Source: Candidatus Daviesbacteria bacterium
Lineage (GTDB): Bacteria > Patescibacteriota > Microgenomatia > Daviesbacterales > UBA10151
Reading direction: 5' to 3'
Assembly (NCBI GenBank): GCA_016195715.1
Contig: JACPZA010000010.1
Location: 14,307-78,306 of the forward strand
DNA: 64,000 nt
This document shows positions 1-10,400 of the stretch, piece by piece; the stretch's first letter is position 1; every line of letters starts with the position of its first letter. Below the pieces are notes generated by a model that was not told where the DNA came from, ran no database searches, and saw nothing but the letters and a program-made list of their open reading frames with translations. A program made the translations under genes and the position numbers.

Positions 1-350
1 TTGAATCTGTGACTAAAGCTAGAAGTGCTTTAATGGGAGCAAAAACTTTATCTGCAAAAGCTGCAGCTAATGATGCATTGTCTGGAGCACTCAAATCTCT
101 ATTCGCTGTGGCAGAGGCTTACCCGAATTTAAAAGCTTCTGATAATTTTAAAGAGTTGCAAGAAGAGTTATCTGATACAGAAACCAAGGTTGCAGCTTCC
201 AGACAGTTTTATAATACTAATGTGCTAGATTTAAATAATTCGCTGGAATCCTTTCCCACTAATTTAATTGGAGCTAATTTTGGCTTTCAAAAAGAAGAAT
301 TTTTCAAAGCCTCTGAAGAAGATAAAAAAGATATTCAAGTTAAATTCTAA
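1..350 (+). CDS. lemA: LemA family protein, 5'-truncated at window edge
   Basis: The reading frame is open from base 1. The C-terminal region resembles LemA (YPNLKASDNF...QEEL...TNLIGANFGF), and lemA typically pairs with the downstream htpX. Confidence 0.65.
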   Translation, partial: ESVTKARSALMGAKTLSAKAAANDALSGALKSLFAVAEAYPNLKASDNFKELQEELSDTETKVAASRQFYNTNVLDLNNSLESFPTNLIGANFGFQKEEFFKASEEDKKDIQVKF

Positions 351-400
351 CTTCTTAAAATTTCGCAGAAATCTTCAAAAAGTGGTAAAATACGCTCAAT

Positions 401-1330
401 ATGGCAACCGTTAAAACAGCTTGGGATCAAGTTTCAAATAATACTTTTAAGACCTGGCTAATTATGTTTTTGTTTTCAGTTTTTGTAGTTGGAGTGGTTT
501 ATATTTTAGGCAGAGGTTGGGGATTAGGGGAAAGTGGGGGTTTAGGTTTAGTTGGTATGGCTTTAATTATTGCTGGGATAATGAATTTTGTGTCCTATTT
601 TTGGTCAGATAAAATTGTACTGGCAATCTCTGGTGCAAAGCTAATTGATCAAAAATCTAACAAAGAGTTATATAGATTAGTTGAAAATTTATGTATTGCA
701 GCTGGACTACCTTCACCCAAAATTTATATTTTAGAAGACTCAGCCCCAAATGCTTTTGCTACTGGTAGAGATAAAGATCACGCAGCAATTTGTTTTACAA
801 CTGGAATTTTAGAAAAGCTTAATAAACAAGAACTAGAAGGAGTTGCTGGACATGAATTATCACATATTGGAAATAGAGATACGCTACTTATGAGTGTAGT
901 TTCAGTTTTAGTAGGAACGATTGCCTTACTTTCAGATTGGTTTTTGCGAGCAATGTGGTTTGGTGGGAGAGAAAGGGATAGAGAAGATAGAAATAATGGA
1001 ATATTTTTAGTTTTAGCATTAGTTTCTGCTATTTTAGCTCCAATTGTCGCGACTTTAATTCAGCTAGCTATTTCCAGAAGAAGAGAATTTTTGGCTGATG
1101 CTTCAGGTGTGCTTTTAACTAGATATCCACAGGGCTTAGAAAATGCTTTGCTTAAAATTTCTAGAGATAAAGAGCCGCTTGAAGCAGCAAATAGAGGTAC
1201 AGCCCATTTATATATAATAAATCCCTTAAAAGGTAGTGATAGCGTTGGTTGGTTTGCTAATTTGTTTAATACCCATCCTCCAATTGAACAAAGAATTAAA
1301 GCTCTACAGGAGATGGAAGGAAAGGTTTAA
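401..1330 (+). CDS. htpX: Zn-dependent M48 protease HtpX
   Basis: It has N-terminal TM helices, the HELSH zinc-binding HExxH motif, and a C-terminal EFxAD-like region. Confidence 0.9.
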   Translation: MATVKTAWDQVSNNTFKTWLIMFLFSVFVVGVVYILGRGWGLGESGGLGLVGMALIIAGIMNFVSYFWSDKIVLAISGAKLIDQKSNKELYRLVENLCIAAGLPSPKIYILEDSAPNAFATGRDKDHAAICFTTGILEKLNKQELEGVAGHELSHIGNRDTLLMSVVSVLVGTIALLSDWFLRAMWFGGRERDREDRNNGIFLVLALVSAILAPIVATLIQLAISRRREFLADASGVLLTRYPQGLENALLKISRDKEPLEAANRGTAHLYIINPLKGSDSVGWFANLFNTHPPIEQRIKALQEMEGKV

Positions 1331-1374
1331 AATTCTATATTAACAGTTAACTTACTCTGGAGTATAATCCCTGC

Positions 1375-1665
1375 ATGAAGTTAACAGATATTCAAGTAAA
1401 ACATGTCGCCAAATTGGCAAATTTACCGCTCAGTTCAGAAGAGTTAAAAAAATACGGTGAGCAGCTATCTAAAATCTTAGATTATATTGAACAATTAAAC
1501 AAAATTGATACATCTAAAGTGAATCCAACATTTAATGTAGTGGATAAAAAAAATGTTTGGGATGAAGATATAGTTAAACCTTCTTTATCCCAAGAACAAG
1601 CTTTGCAGAACGGACAGACTAAAAATGACTACTTTATAACTAAAGGAGTATTTGAGGAGGAATAA
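1375..1665 (+). CDS. gatC: Asp/Glu-tRNA amidotransferase subunit C
   Basis: It is about 96 aa with the GatC-like N-terminus (VKHVAKLANLPLSSEELKKYGEQLSKILDYIEQL). Its stop overlaps the gatA start. Confidence 0.85.
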   Translation: MKLTDIQVKHVAKLANLPLSSEELKKYGEQLSKILDYIEQLNKIDTSKVNPTFNVVDKKNVWDEDIVKPSLSQEQALQNGQTKNDYFITKGVFEEE

Positions 1666-3008
1666 TGGATCTTACAAAATTATCATTAAAACAAACCATT
1701 AAGGCTTTGGAAGATAAACAATTTTCCAAGCAGGAATTAAATCGAGCATATCTGAGTAAAATTGATACTCTAAATTCAAAACTGAATGTTTTTTTAGAGG
1801 TTGAAAAAAATACCTTAGGGATACCTGCAGCAATAAAGGATATAATTATTACTCAGAACATTAAAACAACAGCTGGTTCAAAAATTTTGAGTAATTTCCT
1901 TCCTCCCTATAATGCTACAGTTATTGGTAGATTATTAGAAAAGGGCTGCTCAGTTATTGGTAAAACTAATCATGACGAGTTTGCCATGGGTTCATCAGGT
2001 GAAAATTCAGCTTATGGAGTTACAAAAAACCCCTGGAATTTAAAAAAAGTCCCTGGAGGATCATCCTCTGGTTCTGCAGCAGCTGTGGCAGCTGATATGT
2101 GCGTATTTTCTTTAGGCACTGATACTGGTGGTTCAATTAGGCAGCCAGCTTCACTTTGTGGAGTGGTGGGTTTAAAAACAAGTTATGGCAGAGTTTCTAG
2201 GTATGGCGCTATAGCTTTGAGTTCATCTTTAGATCAGATCGGGCCCTTTACTAAAACAGTAGAGGATGCCAGGACTATTTTAGAGTGGATTTCAGGAGAA
2301 GATGGGTTAGATGCTAATTGTCATGGAAAACCATTTCAGCCACAGAAAAGTTTTAAAAATTTATCAGGTATAAAAATTGGAGTTCCCAAAGAGTATTTTG
2401 GTAAAGGTTTAGATAAAGGTGTAGAAAAAGTTATTAGAGAGGCTATTAAAAAATTAGAAGAGTTAGGTGGTGAAATAGTTGAAGTAAGTTTACCACATAC
2501 AGAATATGCGATTGCAGCCTATTATATTATCTTGCCATCGGAAGTATCTTCAAATTTGGCAAAGTTTGACGGGATTAGGTTTGGATTTGATAGATCAAAA
2601 TTTGGTGCAGAAGCAAAGCGCAGGATTATGTTGGGAACTTTTACTCTTTCTGCTGGTTATTTTGATGATTATTTTATAAAAGCTGCAAAAGTTAGAACTT
2701 TGATAAAACAAGATTTTGAAAAAGCTTTTGAAAAGGTTGATGTGATAGTGGGTCCTGTTTCTCCAACGGTAGCTTGGGATATAGGTGAAAAATTTGACGA
2801 TCCACTAGCTATGTATCTATCAGATGCTTATACAATTCCAGCCAACCTAGCTGGAATTTGTGGACTTTCTTTACCTTGTGGGTTTGTGGAGGGATTACCA
2901 GTTGGTTTACAAATTTTAGGAAAATATTGGGGCGAAGATACAATTTTATCTGTAGGTGAAATTTATGAACAAGCAACTGATTGGCATAAGGAGAAACCGA
3001 AACTATGA
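1665..3008 (+). CDS. gatA: Glu-tRNA(Gln)/Asp-tRNA(Asn) amidotransferase subunit A
   Basis: It carries the amidase signature (GGSSSGSAAAVAA, GTDTGGSIRQPA) over 447 aa. Confidence 0.95.
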   Translation: MDLTKLSLKQTIKALEDKQFSKQELNRAYLSKIDTLNSKLNVFLEVEKNTLGIPAAIKDIIITQNIKTTAGSKILSNFLPPYNATVIGRLLEKGCSVIGKTNHDEFAMGSSGENSAYGVTKNPWNLKKVPGGSSSGSAAAVAADMCVFSLGTDTGGSIRQPASLCGVVGLKTSYGRVSRYGAIALSSSLDQIGPFTKTVEDARTILEWISGEDGLDANCHGKPFQPQKSFKNLSGIKIGVPKEYFGKGLDKGVEKVIREAIKKLEELGGEIVEVSLPHTEYAIAAYYIILPSEVSSNLAKFDGIRFGFDRSKFGAEAKRRIMLGTFTLSAGYFDDYFIKAAKVRTLIKQDFEKAFEKVDVIVGPVSPTVAWDIGEKFDDPLAMYLSDAYTIPANLAGICGLSLPCGFVEGLPVGLQILGKYWGEDTILSVGEIYEQATDWHKEKPKL

Positions 3009-3271
3009 ACGAGCATGGACCAGAAGGACCACGAAGACCAATGTGGCTTTCTACAAAGTTAGATATGTTGGTAACTAAGATGGATAGCCTTGCAGGTAGA
3101 TTAGGTATTGGCAGAAAAACTCCTAGTTCACCACCATCTATACCAGATAGTTTTGAAAGTTGGACTGATCCTAGACAAGTACCAGTAATTCCTCCTCCTC
3201 AGAAATTGATTATGGTTCTGAAAAACCAATACTTAATCCAGACGCTCAAAAAGTCAGTGAGGCAATTTTGA
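3005..3271 (+). CDS. hypothetical small Pro-rich protein embedded in the gatCAB operon
   Basis: Its ATG overlaps the gatA stop (ATGA). It is 88 aa and locally G+C-richer than the flanks, and no family was recognised. Confidence 0.3.
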   Translation: MNEHGPEGPRRPMWLSTKLDMLVTKMDSLAGRLGIGRKTPSSPPSIPDSFESWTDPRQVPVIPPPQKLIMVLKNQYLIQTLKKSVRQF

Positions 3272-3531
3272 GAATTGAAGGATTGTTAAAAGAAACAAAA
3301 GAGGCACCAGAGGCGAATATTGTTTCAGTATTCGCGCAAAAGGAGATAGATCCAAAAACTAAAAAAGAAACAGTTAGAGCTTTTCCAGTTGATCTGGCAG
3401 ATAAAGGACAAAGAGTATTACTTCAAAATATATTGGGAATATTAGAAAAATCAACTGGTGACCCAAACAGAACTAGACGAGCTTCTCAATATATTGACAG
3501 TTTAATTACAGAAACAATAGAAGAAGGATAA
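3268..3531 (+). CDS. hypothetical small protein embedded in the gatCAB operon
   Basis: It has a TTG start overlapping the upstream ORF's stop and ends 2 nt before the gatB ATG. The frame is also open upstream of the TTG. No family was recognised. Confidence 0.3.
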   Translation: MRIEGLLKETKEAPEANIVSVFAQKEIDPKTKKETVRAFPVDLADKGQRVLLQNILGILEKSTGDPNRTRRASQYIDSLITETIEEG

Positions 3532-3532
3532 C

Positions 3533-4879
3533 ATGACACAGATGTACGAACCAGTGATTGGACTTGAGGTCCACGTTGAGCTAAATACTAAATCCAAAAT
3601 GTTTTGCAGGTGCTCTGCAGATTATTTTGGTAAGAAGCCAAATACTCAAACTTGTCCAGTTTGTTTAGGATTACCAGGCTCACTCCCCTATATTAATAAA
3701 CAAGCAATTGAAGATTGTATGAAGATTGGTTTGGCACTAAATTGTGAAATCAGCAAAAAGTCTTTATTTGAAAGAAAAAATTATTTTTATCCAGATTTAG
3801 CTAAAGGTTATCAGATTTCACAGCTAAGATGGCCACTTTGCATTAAAGGCTGGATTGAGGTGGACCCTCCTTCGCATAAAGCTTCGGAAGGGCAGGAGAC
3901 TAGTAGAATTAGAATTAACAGGGTCCATCAGGAAGAAGATACTGGAAAGTTGACCCACTCTGGATCTGAAACTTTAATTGATTTTAATAGATCTTCTGTT
4001 CCTTTGGTAGAAATTGTCACAGAGCCAGACTTTAAAGATTCCTCACAAATTAAAGATTATGCTAAAAAGCTCCAGCAAATTTTTAGATATTTAGGGGTTT
4101 CTGATGCGGATATGGAAAAAGGCCAGATGAGACTTGAAGCGAATATTTCAGTCAGAAAAGTTGGCCAAAAGCAGTTGCCAGCATATAGAGTTGAGCTAAA
4201 AAATATTAATTCATTTAGGTTCATGGTAGCAGCAGTTGAATATGAAATTAAAAGACAGATTGAGGCTTTAGAAAAAGGTGAAAAATTAGTTCAAGAAACT
4301 AAAGGTTGGAATGAAGATAAAAAACAAACCTTTACTCAAAGGGTTAAAGAAGAGGCAAATGATTACAGATACTTCCCAGAGCCAGATTTACCAGAAATGC
4401 AATTTGAAGAATCTAAAATTAAGGATTTGGAATCAAACTTGCCAGAGTTGCCCTGGAAAAAACTAGAGCAGTTTATTGAAAAATATGGAATTAATGAAAG
4501 TAGTGCTAGGATTTTAACTGAAGATAAAGATTTAGCCGGATTTTTTGAACAACTTGTGGAATTGGGTAAGAAAGAAGGTGTATTAGCAAAAGATATTGCA
4601 AATTATGTTGTAAATCAAAAGATAGACCTTTTAAATGATTCTCCACAACAGATTATTGATGATATTAAAGCTAAAAAAACTAATTTAATTTCAGATGATT
4701 CACAGCTAGAAAAAGTTGCAAAAGAAGTAATCAGCGAAAATCCTCAAATGGTTGAGACCTACAAAAAGGGTAAAGTCACAATAATCCAAGCTCTAATTGG
4801 AGTGGTTATGAAAAAAACTGCTGGTAAAGCTGACGCCACAAAGGTTAAAATAATCCTAGAGAGTCTTTTAAACTTGTAA
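3533..4879 (+). CDS. gatB: Asp/Glu-tRNA amidotransferase subunit B
   Basis: The N-terminus is GatB-like (YEPVIGLEVHVELNTKSKMFC), and the protein is 448 aa. Confidence 0.95.
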   Translation: MTQMYEPVIGLEVHVELNTKSKMFCRCSADYFGKKPNTQTCPVCLGLPGSLPYINKQAIEDCMKIGLALNCEISKKSLFERKNYFYPDLAKGYQISQLRWPLCIKGWIEVDPPSHKASEGQETSRIRINRVHQEEDTGKLTHSGSETLIDFNRSSVPLVEIVTEPDFKDSSQIKDYAKKLQQIFRYLGVSDADMEKGQMRLEANISVRKVGQKQLPAYRVELKNINSFRFMVAAVEYEIKRQIEALEKGEKLVQETKGWNEDKKQTFTQRVKEEANDYRYFPEPDLPEMQFEESKIKDLESNLPELPWKKLEQFIEKYGINESSARILTEDKDLAGFFEQLVELGKKEGVLAKDIANYVVNQKIDLLNDSPQQIIDDIKAKKTNLISDDSQLEKVAKEVISENPQMVETYKKGKVTIIQALIGVVMKKTAGKADATKVKIILESLLNL

Positions 4880-4926
4880 AATCTTTGTTCTTACGATAAT
4901 CTTAACTAAATAAGCTATCATTTAAC

Positions 4927-6087
4927 TTGCCCATGAGACAAAAAGGTTTTTTAAATACCCCAATTTTAGTAATTTTAGGAGTATTGATAATAACGGCAAT
5001 TTTAGGAGTAGGGCTATACTTTCGATTCTTTAAACATAGAACACCGCCTACTAAAATATTTCCAGTACCTCCAACGCAAACTGAGTCTGCTTCTCCTCAA
5101 AATTCAAATCCTCCAGCTAATTTTGCAGCTCCAGCAGTAGATAACTCCCATTTTGCTATCCATTCTTTTATTTTTTCTAATTTTTCTACCCCTACTAAAA
5201 CTTATTTGTTTGATGCTGCTAAAAGAACAGGCAAATCTTTTATTAGATTTGATTTTGCTTTAACTTCAGTTGAACCAAATCAGGGCAAGTTTGTTTTTGG
5301 AGGTTTAGATGAAAATGTCAAAATGGCTAGTGATAGAGGTTTAACAGTGGTTGGAACTTTGGGCTATTCTGCAAACTGGATCGCTGCTGCTGGAGCTTTT
5401 AAACCAACTCATGGACCAATTGATCCAAATAAATATGATGCTTATACAGATTATGTTAAACAAACAGTCGCCCATTTTCCTCAAGTTTCTTATTGGGAGG
5501 TTTGGAATGAGCCAGATGCCAAAGCGCTATATTATGATGATCCCGCCTCTTTTGCCAAAATTTTAAAATTAACTCATGATGCAATTAAAGCGACAAACCC
5601 CAATGCTAAAATTCTTTTTCCAGGAGTAGTTTTTGGCAATGAAGGTTGGGTTAGAAGTGTCTTAAATGATCCAGCAAACCCTGGCAAAGGCAACTTTGAT
5701 ATTGGTAATGTTCATATTAGAGGGACTTTGTCTTCAGTAGAAGGGAAAACTTCAGATGTGGTTTCTATTTTTAGATCTGCAGGTTCTACTCCAATTTGGA
5801 TTACTGAATTTGGATATCCTTCTGATTCAGCTTTTCAACAAGACTCAAGTTACAAATCAGGTCTTCAATCTCAAGCAGATTATTATAAAGTTGCCTTACC
5901 TAAATTAGTTTCTTTGGGAGCAGATAAAATATTTGTGACTTTAAGAGATATGGGAGCAGATGAATCTGGATGTGGTAGAACAGGAGGGCAAAATGGTTTT
6001 TGCTCTGAAGGCTTGGTAACTTTCCCATCAAGATCAGCTACATCAGGAACAGATAAGCCTTCAATGGCTGTTTTCCAGAGCCTATAG
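4927..6087 (+). CDS. membrane-anchored clan GH-A (GH5-like) glycoside hydrolase
   Basis: It has an N-terminal TM anchor, a WEVWNEPD acid/base motif, and an ITEFGYPSD nucleophile motif. Confidence 0.55.
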   Translation: MPMRQKGFLNTPILVILGVLIITAILGVGLYFRFFKHRTPPTKIFPVPPTQTESASPQNSNPPANFAAPAVDNSHFAIHSFIFSNFSTPTKTYLFDAAKRTGKSFIRFDFALTSVEPNQGKFVFGGLDENVKMASDRGLTVVGTLGYSANWIAAAGAFKPTHGPIDPNKYDAYTDYVKQTVAHFPQVSYWEVWNEPDAKALYYDDPASFAKILKLTHDAIKATNPNAKILFPGVVFGNEGWVRSVLNDPANPGKGNFDIGNVHIRGTLSSVEGKTSDVVSIFRSAGSTPIWITEFGYPSDSAFQQDSSYKSGLQSQADYYKVALPKLVSLGADKIFVTLRDMGADESGCGRTGGQNGFCSEGLVTFPSRSATSGTDKPSMAVFQSL

Positions 6088-6089
6088 AA

Positions 6090-7334
6090 ATGAATAAAAC
6101 AGGCTATTTGAGTCTGCCTCTAATTGTAATTATTGTTTTAGTTTTAATTCTAGCGCTAGTTGGAGCGGGGCTTTATTTAAGAACGCTTGGAAATAAAAAA
6201 ATTAATAATTTTATTAGTCAAACAGTTCACCAAGTACCAACACCGCTACCAGTGACCCCAATAGCTACTGCTCCAGCTAATTTATCCGTACTACCAGTAG
6301 TTAAGGGCTCTGACAGGTATGGAATTAACACTGGGATAGAAACCCATGATCCTGGAATAGAAAATGCTTATAAGCTTGCCAATCAAGCAGGAATAGGTTG
6401 GATTAGAATTAGCTGCAACTGGGCTAGTATTGAACCTAGTGAGGGAAAATGGAGCAATGGTTGTGATAGTTTAATTAACACTGTAACAGGAGATGGTTTT
6501 AAACTAACTGTTTCTTTTTTCTATTCAGTTTCTTGGTGTTCCGCTGCTCCAGCAGGAGTTTCTGGAGCTAAGCTAGAACACTATGCCCCTTGTGATTATC
6601 AAAAGTTTTATGATTTTGTTTATAGGATGGTTTCTAGATACGGATCAAACGCTAATGGATTAGGTAGTGGATATGGGCAAAATAAAGTCCATTTTTGGGA
6701 AGTTGGTAATGAACCTGACACTAAAAATACTCCAATTCCAGCCTCAGATTATGCCCATGCTTTGGCAGTTGCCTATAAAGCTATAAAAGCTGCAGATTCA
6801 AATGCCCAAGTTTTGCCAGCTGCTCCATCTTCTGGACAAAAAGATTATTGGCACAATGTTTTACATGATCCAAATTATCCAGCGTATAAAAGCTTTGATA
6901 TTATTAATATTCACTCATATGGAGATAAAGCTGATACTAAAAAGAGATTAGATAATGTAGTTAATGATTTAGCGAGTTTAGGAGCAAAGGGTAAACCAGT
7001 TTGGTTTACAGAAACAGGTTATCCTTCTGATTCAGCTTATCAAAAGCAGTTTAGGGGCTGGTTTTACCAAACCTATCCTTTAGGAGAAGATGGGCAAGTA
7101 GCTTATATGAAAGATATGATCCCTTATATTTTAAATACTTTGGGGGTTCAAAAAGTCTTCTGGTATACCCTGGAAGATTCTCCAAGGGATAATGGCCAAT
7201 TTTGCAACTATGGTTTGGTTTATTATCCAGGCTATCAGTGTGCTCAAAGCTTAACTATGCCTGCTACTCTTCCACCTTACTCTCTCAAAAAAGCTTACAC
7301 TGCTTATAAAGATCTAATCTCTCAAGATAAATAA
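6090..7334 (+). CDS. membrane-anchored clan GH-A (GH5-like) glycoside hydrolase, paralog
   Basis: It has an N-terminal TM anchor plus WEVGNEPD and FTETGYPSDSAYQ motifs. It is a tandem paralog of the preceding gene. Confidence 0.55.
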   Translation: MNKTGYLSLPLIVIIVLVLILALVGAGLYLRTLGNKKINNFISQTVHQVPTPLPVTPIATAPANLSVLPVVKGSDRYGINTGIETHDPGIENAYKLANQAGIGWIRISCNWASIEPSEGKWSNGCDSLINTVTGDGFKLTVSFFYSVSWCSAAPAGVSGAKLEHYAPCDYQKFYDFVYRMVSRYGSNANGLGSGYGQNKVHFWEVGNEPDTKNTPIPASDYAHALAVAYKAIKAADSNAQVLPAAPSSGQKDYWHNVLHDPNYPAYKSFDIINIHSYGDKADTKKRLDNVVNDLASLGAKGKPVWFTETGYPSDSAYQKQFRGWFYQTYPLGEDGQVAYMKDMIPYILNTLGVQKVFWYTLEDSPRDNGQFCNYGLVYYPGYQCAQSLTMPATLPPYSLKKAYTAYKDLISQDK

Positions 7335-7418
7335 ACTCCCTACTTGAAAATGGTCTAGGTGATGCTGTTAAATGTTTTTATCAATAATTTGTCGCGGTGT
7401 CTAATATAGCCCGTAAGA

Positions 7419-10400
7419 ATGTTGAGAAATATGCCTAATTTTGTACATCTGCACACCCACAGTGAATATTCTTTACTTGATGGTTTATCTAAAATTCCCA
7501 AATTAGTTAAAGCAGCTAAAGATTTAGGGATGAATTCCCTGGCTATTACTGATCATGGTTCAATGTATGGAGCAATTGAATTTTATAAAGCCTGCATCTC
7601 CCATGATATTAAACCAATCATTGGCTGTGAGCTTTATGTTGCTCCAAGATCTCACAAAAGCAAAGAGGGCAAAGCAGACGCAGAGCCTTATCATTTAACA
7701 GTCTTAGCCAAAAATTACCAAGGCTATTTAAATTTAATGAAGCTGGTTTCGATCTCTCATCTTGAAGGCTTTTATTATAAACCCAGGGTTGATAAAGAGC
7801 TATTAAAGGAGTTTCATGAGGGATTGATTTGTTTATCAGGTTGTCCAGCTGGAGAGTTTATTCGCTCACTTGAAGAAGAGAGTTTAAAAAAAGCAGAAGA
7901 AGTAGCTAAAACTTATTTAGAAATTTTTGGGGAAGGTAATTATTATTTAGAGCTGCAAAATCACTTTTACAGCGAATTATTAAAAGACTCAACTTTGGAT
8001 CCAGTAGTTAGAAAAGATTTAGAAAATATGAATCAAATTCAAGCTTCAACTTGGAAAGCAGCTAAATTAATCTCAAAAAAAATGGAGATTAAAGTAGTTG
8101 CCACAAATGACTTGCATTATATAAAAGAGACAGATGCACCAGCTCAAGATGCGCTAGTTTGTATCCAAACTGCTAAATTTTTAACTGATTTAAATAGGTT
8201 GCGAATGATTGATACTCCAAATTTATACCTTAAGAGTCCTGAAGAAATGCAAGAAGCGTTTTTAGATTTGCCGCAAGCTTTGGAATCTAGCGTTGAGATT
8301 GCCCAAAAATGTGATTTAGAAATTCCTTTAGGAACAGCTAAATTTCCAGTTTTTGAAATTCCAGAAGATAAAACTCCTAATCAATATTTAAGAGAGCTAA
8401 CTTTTGAGCGAGCTAAGCTACTTTTTGAATTAACAGATGAGCGCCAAAAAAGGTTGGATTATGAGTTAAGTGTAATTGAAAAGAAAAAATACGCCACTTA
8501 TTTTTTAGTAGTTCAGGATTTTATTAATTGGGCTCATTCCCAGGGAATTATTACTAACACCAGAGGTTCGGCAGCTGGATCTTTGGTTTTATATGCTTTG
8601 GGAGTAACAAATATTGATCCAATTCACTATCTTTTACCTTTTGAAAGATTCCTAAATCCTTTCAGGCCATCACTTCCAGATATTGATGCCGATTTAGCTG
8701 ATGATAGAAGAGATGAGGTAATTAGATATGTCATGAATAGATATGGAGAAGACCGAGTTGCTCACATTGTGACTTTTGGAACGATGATGGGGCGAGCGGC
8801 AATTAGAGATATTGGCAGAGTAATGGCTATTCCTTATGGTGAAGTGGATAGGATAGCTAAACTGGTACCACCTCCTCATCAAGGTTTTCATAAACCTCTA
8901 GCAGATGCAATTAAAGAAGTTCCAGAGTTAAATGATTTACACAAAAATAATCCTCAAGGCAAACGCTTACTTGATTTAGCAGTTAAAGTTGAAGGAACAG
9001 TCCGACATGCTTCAGTCCATGCAGCTGGGATAGTAATTGCCCCAGAGCCTTTAACTAACTATACCCCGCTTCAGCGAGAATCTAATGGAGAAAAGATTGT
9101 AGCGCAGTACGATATGTTTTCAGTGGAAGAAGTAGGCTTGGTGAAAATGGACTTTTTAGGGATCAGAAATTTGTCAATTTTAGGACGGGCTGTTGAATAT
9201 GTTAAAAATAATCGCGGGATTGAGGTTGATCTACAAAATGTAGATTTAAATGACAAAAAAGCTTTTGAGGTGTTATCAAAAGGTGAAACCATGGGACTTT
9301 TTCAGCTTGAGGGTTCTGGGATGACTAAACATTTAGTTGACCTTAAGCCGAATAGTATTTTTGACATTATGGCGATGATTGCACTTTATCGTCCTGGACC
9401 AATGGGTATTATCCCAGAATATATTTTAAGAAAACACAACTCTAAAAAAATCTCCTTTTTTCATCCCAGAATGAAAGAGTATTTAGAGCGGTCTCTAGGC
9501 CTTTTAGTTTATCAAGATGATGTTTTACTTACTGCTATTAATATTGCTGGATATTCATGGGAAGAGGCTGATAAATTTAGAAAAGCCATGGGTAAAAAAA
9601 TTCCTGAGGAGATGGCTAAACAAAAAGATCATTTTATCGAGGGTTGTGTTGAAAATGGGATGGAGCGGAAAAAAGCTGAGGAGTTATTTAAATTAATTGA
9701 ACCATTTGCAGCTTATGGATTTAATAAAGCTCATGCTGCCAGCTATGCCATGATTGCCTACCAAACTGCTTACATGAAAGCCAATTTTCCAGTTGAATTT
9801 ATGGCCGCTGTCATGACTGCTGAGTATGGTGACACAGATAAAATCGCTTTAGCAATTGAAGAGTGTAAAAGAATGGGAATTGTAGTTTTACCCCCAGATA
9901 TTAATTTTTCTAGTATAGGTTTTAGCCTAGAAACTTTAAAAGCTCTTTCCCAAGAAGATTTAGATCGACAAATTACCGATATTGCAGAAATTCAGCTAGA
10001 AAAAAAAGCTAAAGTGCCTAATCAAGGTATTAGATTTGGACTCTCAGCTATAAAAAATGTGGGAATGGGTGCAATTGAGTCAATTCTAGAAGCTAAAGCT
10101 AAAAAATCCTTTAGCTCGCTTTTTGATCTATGTTCTAGAGTTGATACAAGGCTAGTAAATAGAAAAACTTTAGAAAGCTTAATTAAAGCTGGAGCACTTG
10201 ATTCGTTTGGAACTAGAGCCGCTCAACTTTTAAGTTTAGATCAATGTTTAGAAGAAGCTCATAAAAATGCTAAGGCAACTCTAACTGGTCAAGCTTCACT
10301 TTTTGAAGATGAGGAAAGTTTTAGCAGCTCAAGTTTCAATTTAACAGAAGTTGAAGAAATGAGTCTAGATAAACTTTTAATTTTTGAAAAAGACTTATTA

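Noticed and set aside
5351-5566. 71-aa ORF in an alternate frame inside the first GH5-like gene
   Set aside because: It is completely nested in a well-supported CDS and Met/Leu/Ile-rich from AT-rich codons, so it is a typical spurious overlap.
8694-9292. Antisense ORFs (65 and 73 aa) inside dnaE
   Set aside because: They lie inside a conserved long CDS on the opposite strand with no RBS and low-complexity composition.
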